In this document: one piece after another, positions 26,265 through 40,470 of the stretch
Layout: each line of letters starts with the position of its first letter
Numbering within the stretch: the first letter of the stretch is position 1
Source: Octopus vulgaris
Taxonomy: Eukaryota
Direction: 5' to 3'
Length of the DNA stretch: 64,000 nt
NCBI GenBank assembly: GCA_951406725.2
Contig: OX597815.1
Coordinates: 5,146,001 to 5,210,000 of the forward strand
Notes under the pieces: generated by a model
What the model was told of the DNA's origin: nothing
Databases searched by the model: none
The model's input: only the letters and a program-made list of their open reading frames with translations
Position numbers and translations under genes: made by a program

Positions 26265-26798
26265 GTAAATATATTATGTGACAGTTATGGCTACTGAATA
26301 ATTAATTGCCACATATATTTATAGATAAATTCCTCTATTTACAAAATACCGAGGACTCTTTCATTCTTTTCTTGAAAACACATTCTTCGTGGTAAAGGCG
26401 ATTTGACGTCTATGTTTAGCATATTAGGTGTCCACTTTTGATGTCATTCCTCTTAATTTTGTATATATATATATATATATACATGCAGAGTGTTCAAATG
26501 GACTCTCCGCAGCAGTAAATTTCTTTCGTCCTGACTCACCAAGAGTCAGACTCTCCAAGAAATATTTCAAAACATGTGTAGAAGAGTCAACTTCTATACT
26601 GAAAATGAAGGACGACATTTTCAACGCCTCTTCTAAAGTTTTTTAAAGTCTTGTAAAGTCTAATATATTCTTTTGTTAGTCTTTATACCATCTTATAAAT
26701 ATTTATTTAGCAATAAAATACTTACTGTGGAGAGAGTTTTTGAACAGCCTCTGAGCGTGTGTGTGTGTGTGTGTATGTGTGTATGTCTGTGTGTGTGA

Positions 26799-26883
<85 letters not shown>

Positions 26884-26904
26884 CATACATACATACATAC
26901 ATAT

Positions 26905-27102
26905 AGATGATAGATCGTTAGCTCCTACACGCATTTTTTTCTCTCCTTGTTTTTTTTCTGTGTATCTTTCTGTCGAAGAGCGTAGGCTCGAAACGTAAAA
27001 GACTTTTTCTATTTCTATTCCTGAGCGCCATACTAATACATTTGTTTGTTTGTACTCCACCTGCCTTCGTCTCTTGTTTATTTTCGTAAACTTTCCCGTT
27101 AT
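26905..27102 (+). mobile_element. Hammerhead-motif short element (subfamily B)
   Basis: 26965-27002 reads TCTTT-CTGTCGA-A-GAGC(GTAG)GCTC-GAAA-CG-T-A-AAAGA. Ends in (TA)n. Confidence 0.65.
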
Positions 27103-27401
27103 ATATATATATATATACTAACAATATAGGATGAAGTCCCTTTCTCTACAGAAAAGGATTCCATCAAAAGGCGTGGCAGTATATTAAAAAAAAAATAATT
27201 AATTTTAAATTTTAAATTATTAATTACAAGATATATATATACATGCATACATACATAAGTTTGTTTGGAATATATTTTAAGTCTTTTACGCTGCAGACTT
27301 CCCACCGGCCACTGAGAAAGTATTGAGGATGTCTTTTTTGCTTTGTTTTATTTCTCTGTCCAGTAAGATCTTAAACTTTGTACACCAGGGAAATTGTAGG
27401 A

Positions 27402-27435
<34 letters not shown>

Positions 27436-27441
<6 letters not shown>

Positions 27442-27577
27442 GTATATTAAATTTTGAGATACTAGAAGGCATTATCTCAAACACTTTGAATTTCGTGGTA
27501 CTGGTCATGCTTTGGCTCGCTCTGACACTGAGTTGAGATAATGCCTTCTAGTATCTCAAAATTTAATATACAATTAT
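27436..27577. repeat. Perfect 45-bp inverted repeat (27436-27480 / 27533-27577) between (TA)n tracts
   Basis: ATAATTGTATATTAAATTTTGAGATACTAGAAGGCATTATCTCAA and its exact reverse complement, with a 52-nt spacer. Confidence 0.92.
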
Positions 27578-27659
27578 TCATAATTATATATATATATATA
27601 TGATTTTGATTTTGATTTTTCCAGTTTCAGCTAATGAGCTGTGGCCATGCTGGGGCACC

Positions 27660-27695
<36 letters not shown>

Positions 27696-28089
27696 AAAAT
27701 AAGGATAAAATCTTTATAACAAATTATCAGTAGTTAGCGTGAAAAACCTCGTAAGAGAAAAAATCCGTAAATTTTTCCACTTTGAAAATATTTATTTATA
27801 TTATATTGAGGGTACTACTATTCGTAGATACCACACGCTAAAGAGGGACCAATGCGGTCAAAACTACTAAAATAAACAAAATATATATATATGCAACAAT
27901 GAAGTGAAACCAAAGGCGTACGATTCGAGTTTGCGTAATATATAAGAGGAATATTTATATACATACACACTTACATGTATATACACATATATGTTTTACA
28001 CACACATACACACACGTGCACAACAAATAAAGATGCATATTTATATGTGCGTATATATATATATATATTTGTACATACATATATACATG

Positions 28090-28137
<48 letters not shown>

Positions 28138-28200
28138 TGCACACATATGCGTAGCTGTTTATCTTTCTCTTTATCTCTGTGTCTCACTCTGTATATGTGT

Positions 28201-28286
<86 letters not shown>

Positions 28287-28593
28287 GTATATATATATAC
28301 ATATACATATATATATCATTATCATATATGTAGGCAAATCGAAAATTTAAAATTTAAAATAACAAAACAACAAAAGTGAAAAGGATGTAGACATGAAGCA
28401 AACAAGATCATTATTGAAAGTGACTTCGAAGTTTCGGCCAGTTAAGCTGTCGTCGCATTGGCCGAAACTTCGACCTCACAGCTAATAACATTCTCGTTTA
28501 AGAATTATAAATTTTTTACTATAGAAAAGTATAGAGTAAGACATCAGATTAAATGTAAAATTATAACTGAACTTGAAAACAATCATCATATAC

Positions 28594-28659
<66 letters not shown>

Positions 28660-28943
28660 GTACACACACACACACTAGCTCTCTCAGACACACTCATAGA
28701 TATGCTTGCTTACATTTATACACACCTGCAGTAGGGAATTAATAAAAACTACATCACCACAATTATCAAAAAAAAAACAAACATTTTACTAAAGCAATGA
28801 TTTTTTTCACTAAATTAGAATTGTTGTTTTTTGTTTACTTTCACTTTCGATATCAAAACGTTTTTCATTTTTGTCCGTTATACAAATGCATATATACACA
28901 AACCATATACTACAAACAACCAACAAAACTATATAAACAAAAC

Positions 28944-28991
<48 letters not shown>

Positions 28992-29026
28992 TATATACAT
29001 ACATACATAGATACATACATACATAT

Positions 29027-29086
<60 letters not shown>

Positions 29087-29983
29087 GAATGCATACATAT
29101 GTATGCGTGTGTGTGTATATACATATACGTATGTATATAGATACACGCACGCATATATATATGTACATATTTATATGTATGTGTGTGTGTGTATATATAC
29201 ATATATACAGATATATAAATATATATATATATTGTCAATAAAAAAGGGTAAAATTAATTATATTGTCAATAAAAAAGGGTAAGATATTTGGGGAGAAAGT
29301 ATTATATTTAAAATTTATATATATATGTATGTATATGTATGTATATGTATATATAAAATCAACCCGAGATTTCACTAAGACAAAACACAACGTAATTACA
29401 ATAACACAGTGATTATTATTATTACTACTATTATCATTATTGTTGTTGTTGTTGTTGCAAGACGGATTAAAAGTTTTACTCACCTAGCTAGACTTGCAGT
29501 TCCTTTCGTTAGTTTACGTAGAGAGTTCGGAACTATTCGGCAGTGATCGGCAGAATGCCTTTGCTGGAGTTAGCTTCGGAAATATATATATATACACACA
29601 TACAGAGGTCTCTGCTAGCGCTTGGTATAGCGAGAATTATATATATATATGTATATGTCTATATATTTATTTATATATATATGTATATATATATATCCGT
29701 GCGTGAGTGTATATATGTGTAATTGTGTGTGTGTGCGTGTATGTGCGTATGTGTGTGTGTGTGTGTCTTCTTTGTGTGGGTAGATGAATAACTGTCTCTG
29801 GCTGTGTGGGTAGATTGATAACCGTGTGTGTCCGTGTGTCCGTGTGTCTGTGCGCGCGCGTGTGTGCGATTTGCGTGCTTATTAAGTCAGGTGTAACTTT
29901 TCTGCAGCGATGAAGCTGGTGTCGTTATGGCGATATAGTTCTAGATGATGACGATGATGATGATGATGGTAGTGGTAACAGAG

Positions 29984-30103
29984 TTCTTCTTCTTCTTCTT
30001 CTTCTTCTTCTTCTTCTTCTTCTTCTTCTTCTTCTTCTTCTTCTTCTTCTTCTTCTTCTTCTTCTTCTTCTTCTTCTTCTTCTTCTTCTTCTTCTTCTTC
30101 TTC
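29984..30103. repeat. Pure (TTC)40 / (GAA)40 tract
   Basis: Uninterrupted 120 bp. Confidence 0.95.
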
Positions 30104-30159
30104 ACTGCCCACTGTTTTAATGGTCAAATGCCATGAGTGATTCGTTATATACTATGATA

Positions 30160-31130
30160 CCGGTGGTGGTCGGAGGAGAGGGTGGGTGGCAGCTGTAGTA
30201 GTTACAGTAGTAGCAGTAGTAGCGGTTGTAGTATCGGTGGTGGCGGCGGCAGTTACAGACGCCGTTGTTCTTGTGATGATGGTGGTTATGGCGCAGAATG
30301 TGGAGGTGGCGGTTGTGGTGGTGTTGGATGTAGTTGTGATAGTGGTGATGGTGGTGGTGGTACTAGTAGTGGGATGGTTTCGCGATAGTGGGTGTAGTGG
30401 CAGTTATAGTGGCGGTGGTGGTGGTGGTGATAGTGCGTGTGAAGGAGGTAGTGGTGGTGGTGGTGGTACTCGTGTTTCTAGTGATGGTAGCGGTGACAGC
30501 AATCTTCGTGGTGATGGCGCTAGTGGTGGTGATGGTAGAAGTGACAACTAAGTTTTAATAGTAACGGTGGTAGTGGTGATGGTGGCGATGATGGTTGTGG
30601 TGGGTGTGGTGGTGTTGGCGATAGTGCTGGTTATGGCAATGGTTGTTGTTGTGGTGGCGATGGTGGTAGTGGTGGTGGTGATGGTAGAAGTGATGGTGGT
30701 GGTGGTGGTGTTGGCGATGGTGGTGGTGGTGGTGGTGTTGGCGATAATTATGGAGGTTGCGATAGTGGTGATGGCGATGGTTGTGGTGGTGGTGGTGGTT
30801 ATGGTGGCGCTGGTGGTGGTACTGGTGGTGGTGGTGGCGCTGGTGGTGTTAGTGGTGGTGGTGGTTGCGATGGTGGTGGTTGTGGTGGCGGTAGCGTTTA
30901 TTGGTCTGATGTATCTAAAAGTGAAGGGGGGCGTTCGCATCCCCTTTTGTGGGGGGGACATCAGCGACGGCGATGCCGGCGGTGAGTGTTGGGGGGGATG
31001 TAGGTGTGATGCTTATGTAATGATGGTGGCGCTGGTGACACTTGTTGTTGTTGTTGTTGTTGCCTGCATCATCTTCGGTGATGGCGACAGAGATTGTAAG
31101 GATGCTGGCGTGGATCGATTTCACCCTAAA
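30160..31130. repeat. Degenerate (GGT/GTG)n low-complexity region
   Basis: Direct inspection; its ORFs are poly-V/poly-T/poly-G artefacts. Confidence 0.85.
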
Positions 31131-31738
31131 CTATTCTTTATCGGTTATAGAACTCGGGATGACGTTCATGCTGATGTTGTTGTTGTTGTGTTTGGGGGTC
31201 CCTGGCCGGTCCTAATTCAGCAGATCGAGAATCACAGGCGTTCCACCCATGGCTGGTCTCCCTTCTAGGACTCCATGGGGAATATGCTGCCCAACGCATA
31301 TCCCCTTTGCAGGAGATTTTGGCTGTTATTTCTAGCAAGTCGAATGACCTCCTTAGAGCCCCTTCCCCACTACGATGCTGCTGTTGCTGCTGCTGCTGAT
31401 GATGATGCTGAAAGTGGTGGCGATGGCGGTGGTGATGGCGACGATGGTGGTGGGGAAGGTGGTATGTGGTGGAGGTGGCGAATGAGTAGTAGTTTGAGGA
31501 ACACTAATATAAGGGAGGGGGAGGGGGATCTAACAGTTTCGGGTAAAATCGACGAGGAATGAGTGGAAGGAGGAGGAAGAGGAAGAGAGCCAGTGTCAGG
31601 GGACGGTGGTGGTGGTGGCGATGGGGTGGTGGTGGCGATGGGTTACAGTTCTGGGTTACAGAAGGGGTGGGGGGTAGAGGAAAGGCTGACGTGGGAGTAG
31701 CAAGCTGACGATTGGTGGGTTAGTGGCGGTGGTGGTGG

Positions 31739-31776
<38 letters not shown>

Positions 31777-31863
31777 ACGGTGCTGGTTGTTGACAATGAT
31801 TACGATGGTAGGAGTGGTTTTCATCGTGTTGCTGTTGTTGCAGTTGTTGGTGGTGACGATGGC

Positions 31864-32173
31864 GATGATGATGATTGATGATGATGATGATGATGATGGT
31901 GATGTTGTTGTTGGTGATGATGATGATGATGATGATGGTGATGTTGTTGTTGGTGATGATGATGATGATGATGATGATGATTGATGATGATGATGATGAT
32001 GGTGATGTTGTTGTTGGTGATGATGATGATGATGATGATGGTGATGTTGTTGTTGGTGATGATGATGATGATGATGATGGTGATGTTGTTGTTGGTGATG
32101 ATGATGATGATGATGATGATGATGTTGTTGTTGGTGATGATGATGATGATGATGATGGTGATGTTGTTGTTGG

Positions 32174-32208
<35 letters not shown>

Positions 32209-32294
32209 GTGGTGATGTTGTTGTTGGTGATGATGATGATGATGATGATGATGATTGATGATGATGATGATGATGATGGTGATGTTGTTGTTGG

Positions 32295-32329
<35 letters not shown>

Positions 32330-32348
32330 GTGGTGATGTTGTTGTTGG

Positions 32349-32386
<38 letters not shown>

Positions 32387-32666
32387 GTGATGTTGTTGTT
32401 GGTGATGATGATGATGATGATGATGATGATTGATGATGATGATGATGATGATGGTGATGTTGTTGTTGGTGATGATGATGATGATGATGATGATGATTGA
32501 TGATGATGATGATGATGATGGTGATGATGATGGTGATGTTGTTGTTGGTGATGATGATGATGATGATGATGGTGATGTTGTTGTTGGTGATGATGATGAT
32601 GATGATGATGATGATTGATGATGATGATGATGATGATGGTGATGATGATGGTGATGTTGTTGTTGG

Positions 32667-32701
<35 letters not shown>

Positions 32702-32759
32702 GTGGTGATGTTGTTGTTGGTGATGATGATGATGATGATGATGGTGATGTTGTTGTTGG

Positions 32760-32812
<53 letters not shown>

Positions 32813-32828
32813 GTGATGTTGTTGTTGG

Positions 32829-32860
<32 letters not shown>

Positions 32861-32895
32861 GATGATGATGGTGGTGATGATGATGATGATGGTGA
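31864..32895. repeat. Higher-order (GAT)n array with unit GGTGATGTTGTTGTTGGT(GAT)n
   Basis: The unit recurs about twenty times, with periodic GATT one-base phase shifts. Confidence 0.92.
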
Positions 32896-33023
32896 TAATG
32901 GTGGAGGTGGTATAGGAGTGTGGAAGAGGGGTCAGAAGTGTTGTTATCGAATGTTGATGGTAATTGCGGTGGCGGTGGTGGCGGTGAGGAAGAACGTCGT
33001 TATGGTGCGCTTCGTAGTTGGAA

Positions 33024-33066
<43 letters not shown>

Positions 33067-33566
33067 TAAGTGGTAGTGATGATGATGATGATAATGGTAG
33101 TTGCAGTTGCTGTAAAAGTGTAGTTGTTGTTGTTGGTGCTGCTGTTGTTGTTGTTGGTGCTGCTGTTGTTGTTGTCCTTTCTGTGAATGGGAGAGCGTGA
33201 TTCGAACGAAATTTGGCTGCTATTTCTAGCGACTGGGTAGAGACCTGTTAGATGGTTCAGCGACCAGGCGGTGTTGGTGCTGTCAATGGTGGTGGTAGTG
33301 GTGGCGATGGTGGTGCTGTGAGTGGTGGCGGTGGTGGCGACGGTGGTGGTGGAGACGTTGTTGTTGTTGTTGTTGTCGGTGGTGTTGGAAGTAGAAGTGG
33401 TAGTGGTGATGGTGGTGCTATAGTTCTCACAACGGCAATGGAGGTAGGAATGGTATGCCCCTCCCCCATTCATTGTTGACGTTAGATTGAATCCACCAGG
33501 CATAGAATTAGAAGCATTCCGGTCACGACCACCCTTTTTTTTTTTTTCATTTTTTTCCTACGTGTA

Positions 33567-33931
33567 TTTCGGACGACACAATAGAATGTCCTGTCTCGAT
33601 CTCTTGACTGAAAGAGATCTGGCTGCTATTTCCAGTCGGTCAAATGACCACACAATGACTTCCTCAACAGCGTTGGTGTTACTCGTCGTCGTTTAACCCC
33701 GGGTAAACTCTGATCCAGTTAACCTGTGATCATGACGTTACCTGCCATGATATGTCCGTACAGTTAAGTTTTTAGGGGTATTTTTAAGGACTGCATCAGT
33801 AGTCATCTGGCACGGTTGTGATAGTAATAACAATGATATGTTTTATTAGCCACAGGGGCATAGGTGAAGGGGACATCACAAGGACAGGCAGCAATTTGCA
33901 TCATCATCATCATCATCATCACCATCATCAC

Positions 33932-34017
<86 letters not shown>

Positions 34018-34051
34018 CCATCACCATCATCATCATCATCTTAATCATCAC

Positions 34052-34086
<35 letters not shown>

Positions 34087-34120
34087 CCATCATCACCATC
34101 ATCATCATCTTAATCATCAC

Positions 34121-34171
<51 letters not shown>

Positions 34172-34189
34172 CATCATCATCACCATCAC

Positions 34190-34251
<62 letters not shown>

Positions 34252-34294
34252 CCATCATCACCATCATCATCATCTTAATCATCACCATCATCAC

Positions 34295-34377
<83 letters not shown>

Positions 34378-34806
34378 CCACCACCACCACCACCATCCTT
34401 TAAGGCCCTCATGCTTTCCGAAATCCGCCGAAACTACACCTGATTATATATACACTTTAGATGAGTTGCACCTGAGCACTGTACACAATGTTTTATTATT
34501 ATTATTATTATTATTAGAATGAAATGGGAAAGAGAGCGAGATGCAATAAAGTGTACGTAGAACAGAAAGTATGTGATGGCGCAGTCCTTCTGATACGGGA
34601 GAGACCTCCAACTATCATGGCTGGTAAGGTCATGGTCACGGGTTTACAGGATCAGAGTTTACTTGGGGTTAAACAACAACACAACAATGAGTAACACCAA
34701 CGCTGTTGAGGGAGCCACTGTGTGGTCCTTTGACCGACTAGAAATAGCAGCCAGATCTCTTTCAACCAAGGGATCGGGACTGGACATTCTATTGCGTCGT
34801 CCGAAA
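33567..34806. repeat. ~185-bp imperfect inverted repeat (33567-33752 / 34613-34806) enclosing a (CAT)n array (33899-34397)
   Basis: GAAAGAGATCTGGCTGCTATTTC.AGTCGGTCAAA..CCTCAACAGCGTTGGTGTTACTC on the left is reverse-complemented on the right; differences are mostly transitions. Confidence 0.88.
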
Positions 34807-35275
34807 CCCTTCAGATCCAGGATTACCCTAACCACCTAAGCTTCAGGTTCTCAAAGTGGGCGCTACTGCCCTCACCCCACACGGTGAGAGTTGAGTCAGT
34901 CTAGGTGGGCTCTGGTGCCTCAGGGGGCCCTGAGGGTGGGGGTAGAGAAAACTAAGGCGTTGGGAAGAAGGCAGTGGGTTGAGGGACGCTATGAATTTAT
35001 TATATTATTACAGTATTGTATACAAATTATATATTATATAAAATGATTCATAGTATATATAAATTAGTAAAATATAAAATATTTATTTATATATAAAAAT
35101 AGGGCTGGGGGTGCAAATTTTGTTTTTGTACCCCACAAAAATTCCAGGTGGGGGGGGGGCATTTGCAACCCCTGCTCCCCCGACCATGCATTCACCCATG
35201 TTTTCACAAGTTCACTGGGAGGTCGAACTAACCATTTTGCCCGGCGTGCTAGCGATTCTGCCAACATGCCGCCTT

Positions 35276-35915
<640 letters not shown>

Positions 35916-36229
35916 TATAGTGTATACAAATTAATGAAATTAACAACTAAATAGAAAATTATAAAAATAATTATCACACTCTGTTCCAATAAGTAATGTG
36001 TCAATTATGTTAATAAGTTATTTAATTATAAAAGCGATGAAATTATTTGAGAGTATTGAACGCTGGATGTCTTTGATTGAGACTAAAGAATCTAAAAGGT
36101 TTTCAGAGTTATTCAACTCGTTGCAGTTTGAAGAATCACGTGAACCGTTTTAACATTTGTTAATTGGTTCAATTAGGGAATGAGGTTGTTTTCAAAGTGA
36201 TGACTAATTACGGAGTGGTGAATGGAAGC

Positions 36230-36695
36230 GTGCGTTCAAGCCGGCAGAATCTTTAGAGGGCCGGGCGAAAATGCTTGGCAGCATTTCGCCCGTTTTTACG
36301 TTCTGAGTTCAAATTCCGCCGAGGTCGACTTTGCCTTTCATCCTTTTGGGGTCGATTAAATAAGGACCAATTGAACACTGGGGTCGATGTAGTTTACTCA
36401 TACCCTCCCCCAAAATTGTTGCACTTCTGGCAAAATGTGAAATTATTATTGTTATTATTATTATTATTATTATTACTAAAAAGGTGGCAAGCTGGCAGAA
36501 TCGTTAACATGGTGGGCCAAATTCTTAGCGGCATTTAGTTCGTCTGTACGTTCTGAGTTCAAATTCCTCCGAGGTCGACTTTGCCTTTTATCCTTTCTGG
36601 GTCGATATATTAAGTACCCGTTGCGTACTGGGATCGATCTAATCGACTAACACGCTCTCCCAAAATTTCAGGCCTTTTGCCTATAATAAAAAAGG

Positions 36696-36726
<31 letters not shown>

Positions 36727-37110
36727 TATAATAGTAAAAATAATAATAATAATAATAATTATTATTATTATTATTATTATTATTATTTCAAATATTTTGC
36801 CACAAGAGGGCAGCTTGGGAGAGGTGGGAAGGGGATGAGTCGATTACATCGATTCCAGCGAAATACCTATTTCTTTACTACCCACAAGGGGCTAAACACA
36901 GAGAGGACAAACAAGGACAGACAAACGGATTAAGTCGATTACATCGACCCCAGTGCGTAACTGAAACTTATTTAATCGACCCCGAAAGGATGAAAGGCAA
37001 AGTCGGCTTCGGAGGAATTTGAACTCAGAACGTAGCGGCAGACGAAATACTGCTAAGCATTTCAGCCGGCATGCTAACGACTCTGCCAGCTCACCACCAT
37101 ACTACTGCTG

Positions 37111-37170
<60 letters not shown>

Positions 37171-37410
37171 ATAATAATAATAATAATAATAACAATAATA
37201 ATGGTTTCAAATTTTTGCCATAGGGCAGTAATTTTGGCGGTGGGGATGAATCTTTTACATCGACACCAGTGTTCAACTGGTACTTATTTTATCGAACCCG
37301 AAAAGATGAAAGGTAAAGTCAATCTCGGCGGAATTCGAACTCAGAACGTAGCAACGGGTGAAATACCGCTAAGCATTTCGTCCGGCGTGCTAACGATTCT
37401 GCCGGCTCGT
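36230..37410. mobile_element. Cluster of SINE family A copies: + strand ~36230-36700, - strand ~36785-37410
   Basis: Standard SINE-A bodies in opposite orientations, separated by (TTA/AAT)n. Confidence 0.8.
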
Positions 37411-37421
37411 CACTTTATCCC

Positions 37422-37478
<57 letters not shown>

Positions 37479-37957
37479 GAAGAAGAAAGCAACCATACTC
37501 TGGGATATGCCGATACACACAGATAGAGAAATTAAGGCCAACAGACCAGATATAGTTGTCAGAGATCATGAAGAAAAAAAAAGCTTTCTAATTGATGTAT
37601 CAATACCGGCAGATGACAACGTGTCTCTAAAAGAAATGGAGAAACTCTCAAAATACAAAGACCTGGAAATAGAGATAACTAGAATGTGGAACCTGAAAAC
37701 AGAAACAATTGCTATCATAGTAGGCGCATTAGGCATGATAAAAAAATATTCAGACAAATACATAACAAAAACACCAGGACTTACAAACACATATAACATA
37801 CAGAAAATTGCACTACTAGGCACTGCACACATCCTACGCAGAACACTTTCCATACAATAACCATCAGAGCATCACAACAAATCACAGCACATACCCAAGG
37901 CACACAGAGCTGCGCTCGGTAGTGAAGTGAAAGCACGCTATAAAAATAAAACTACTG
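37479..37957 (+). mobile_element. 5'-truncated R4/Dong-like non-LTR retrotransposon (restriction-like endonuclease domain plus 3'UTR) in (TAA)n
   Basis: ILWDMPIHTDREIKANRPDIVVRD...FLIDVSIP.D.N...KE.EK..KY.DL..EI.RMW...IIVGALG...GTAHILRRTL*, an uninterrupted PD-(D/E)xK RLE domain. (TAA)n lies on both sides. Confidence 0.88.
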
Positions 37958-37964
37958 AATAATG

Positions 37965-38040
<76 letters not shown>

Positions 38041-38042
<2 letters not shown>

Positions 38043-38536
38043 TAAAAGCTAATAAACCACCGGTTATTATTATAAAAGATCAAACAAAAAAGGTGTGTTA
38101 ATTAATTGAGTATTCTTTGCGATCACAATATAGCAGTGAAAGAATTTGACAAGATCAATAAATATAAAGATTTGATAATAGAAATCGAAAAAAATATGGC
38201 ATCTCAAGTCGACTACAGTACCAGTGATTGTAGGATCTCTAGGAATGATAAAAAAAATGGTACTGAAACCTATTTGAAAATGATACCAGGCTTACCATCC
38301 CTACATGAAGTGCAAAACATCGTGTTAACTGGAACGGCTCATGTACTGAAAAGAACATTATCGCTGTGAAAACAAAATCCATTCATGAATTTATTTATTT
38401 ATTAATTTTTTAAAATACATATTTTACCTGTGAATTTGCGTTTGTTATCTGGGAATGCATACAATGAGCTTCTCTGCCCTAGGTGTACGGAAAACACTCG
38501 GCGAGAAATAGAAGAAAATTTGAAGAAACAAGGAAA
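38041..38536 (+). mobile_element. Second, divergent and frameshifted R4/Dong-like 3' fragment in (TAA)n
   Basis: DHNIAVKEFDKINKYKDLIIEIEK-(fs)-MWHLKSTTVPVIVGSLGMIKK-(fs)-..LKMIPGLPSLHEVQNIVLTGTAHVLKRTLSL*. Confidence 0.82.
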
Positions 38537-40001
<1,465 letters not shown>

Positions 40002-40149
40002 GTCCTGTGTTCGATTCATTTGACTAAAAATTTTTCAAGGTAGCGCTCCAGCATGGCCGCAGTCTAATGACTGAAACAAGTAAAAAATAAAAGATGGAAA
40101 CTAAGAGAACGCCACGGACGCCGGAAGTGAACTCTGCAAGAAACATTCA

Positions 40150-40470
40150 CTTCTCAATGACCTTCCCTAGCATAGCACCAAAGATCGCAACCTTACCATC
40201 AAGATGCAGGACTAGTTCTGCAATAGCCCCTTCCCCAAAAGCCTAAGAGACATTCATGGGGTAGATATAGGTGTCTTCAAAGTAAAACTAGATCTCCCCC
40301 TGTCAAATGTTCAGGATGAAACTATCTCGCGGCACGAAACACATTTGAGGGCAGCTGCATCAAACTCCTTCATTCACCAAACTCCACATATCAGGGGACG
40401 TTTCAAGGGGTGAAAGTGTAGCAAGTTTAATGGCGGTGCTCCAGTATGGCCGCAACTTCCGAGCTCAGAA
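40150..40470 (+). pseudogene. CR1/L2-group LINE 3' fragment
   Basis: FPKSLRDIHGVDIGVFKVKLDLPLSNVQDE...RAAASNSFIHQ* aligns with the C-terminus of the 18.7-19.7 kb LINE, followed by GGCGGTGCTCCAGTATGGCCGCA. Confidence 0.7.

Noticed and set aside
26350-26690. Possible decayed DNA-transposase fragment on the - strand, split by (TA)n
   Set aside because: The resemblance (KWTPNML) is too weak to call.
30182-34522. Poly-V/T/D/M/H/G ORFs resembling mucin-like or His-rich proteins
   Set aside because: Trinucleotide arrays with phase shifts; no splice structure or domain support.
34845-35200. hAT-MITE-like fragments and the CCTCAGGG-GG-CCCTGAGG palindrome
   Set aside because: Termini and TSD cannot be defined by eye.
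37201-37860. 219-aa ORF as a host gene
   Set aside because: Chance read-through from an antisense SINE and (AAT)n into a retrotransposon endonuclease fragment.
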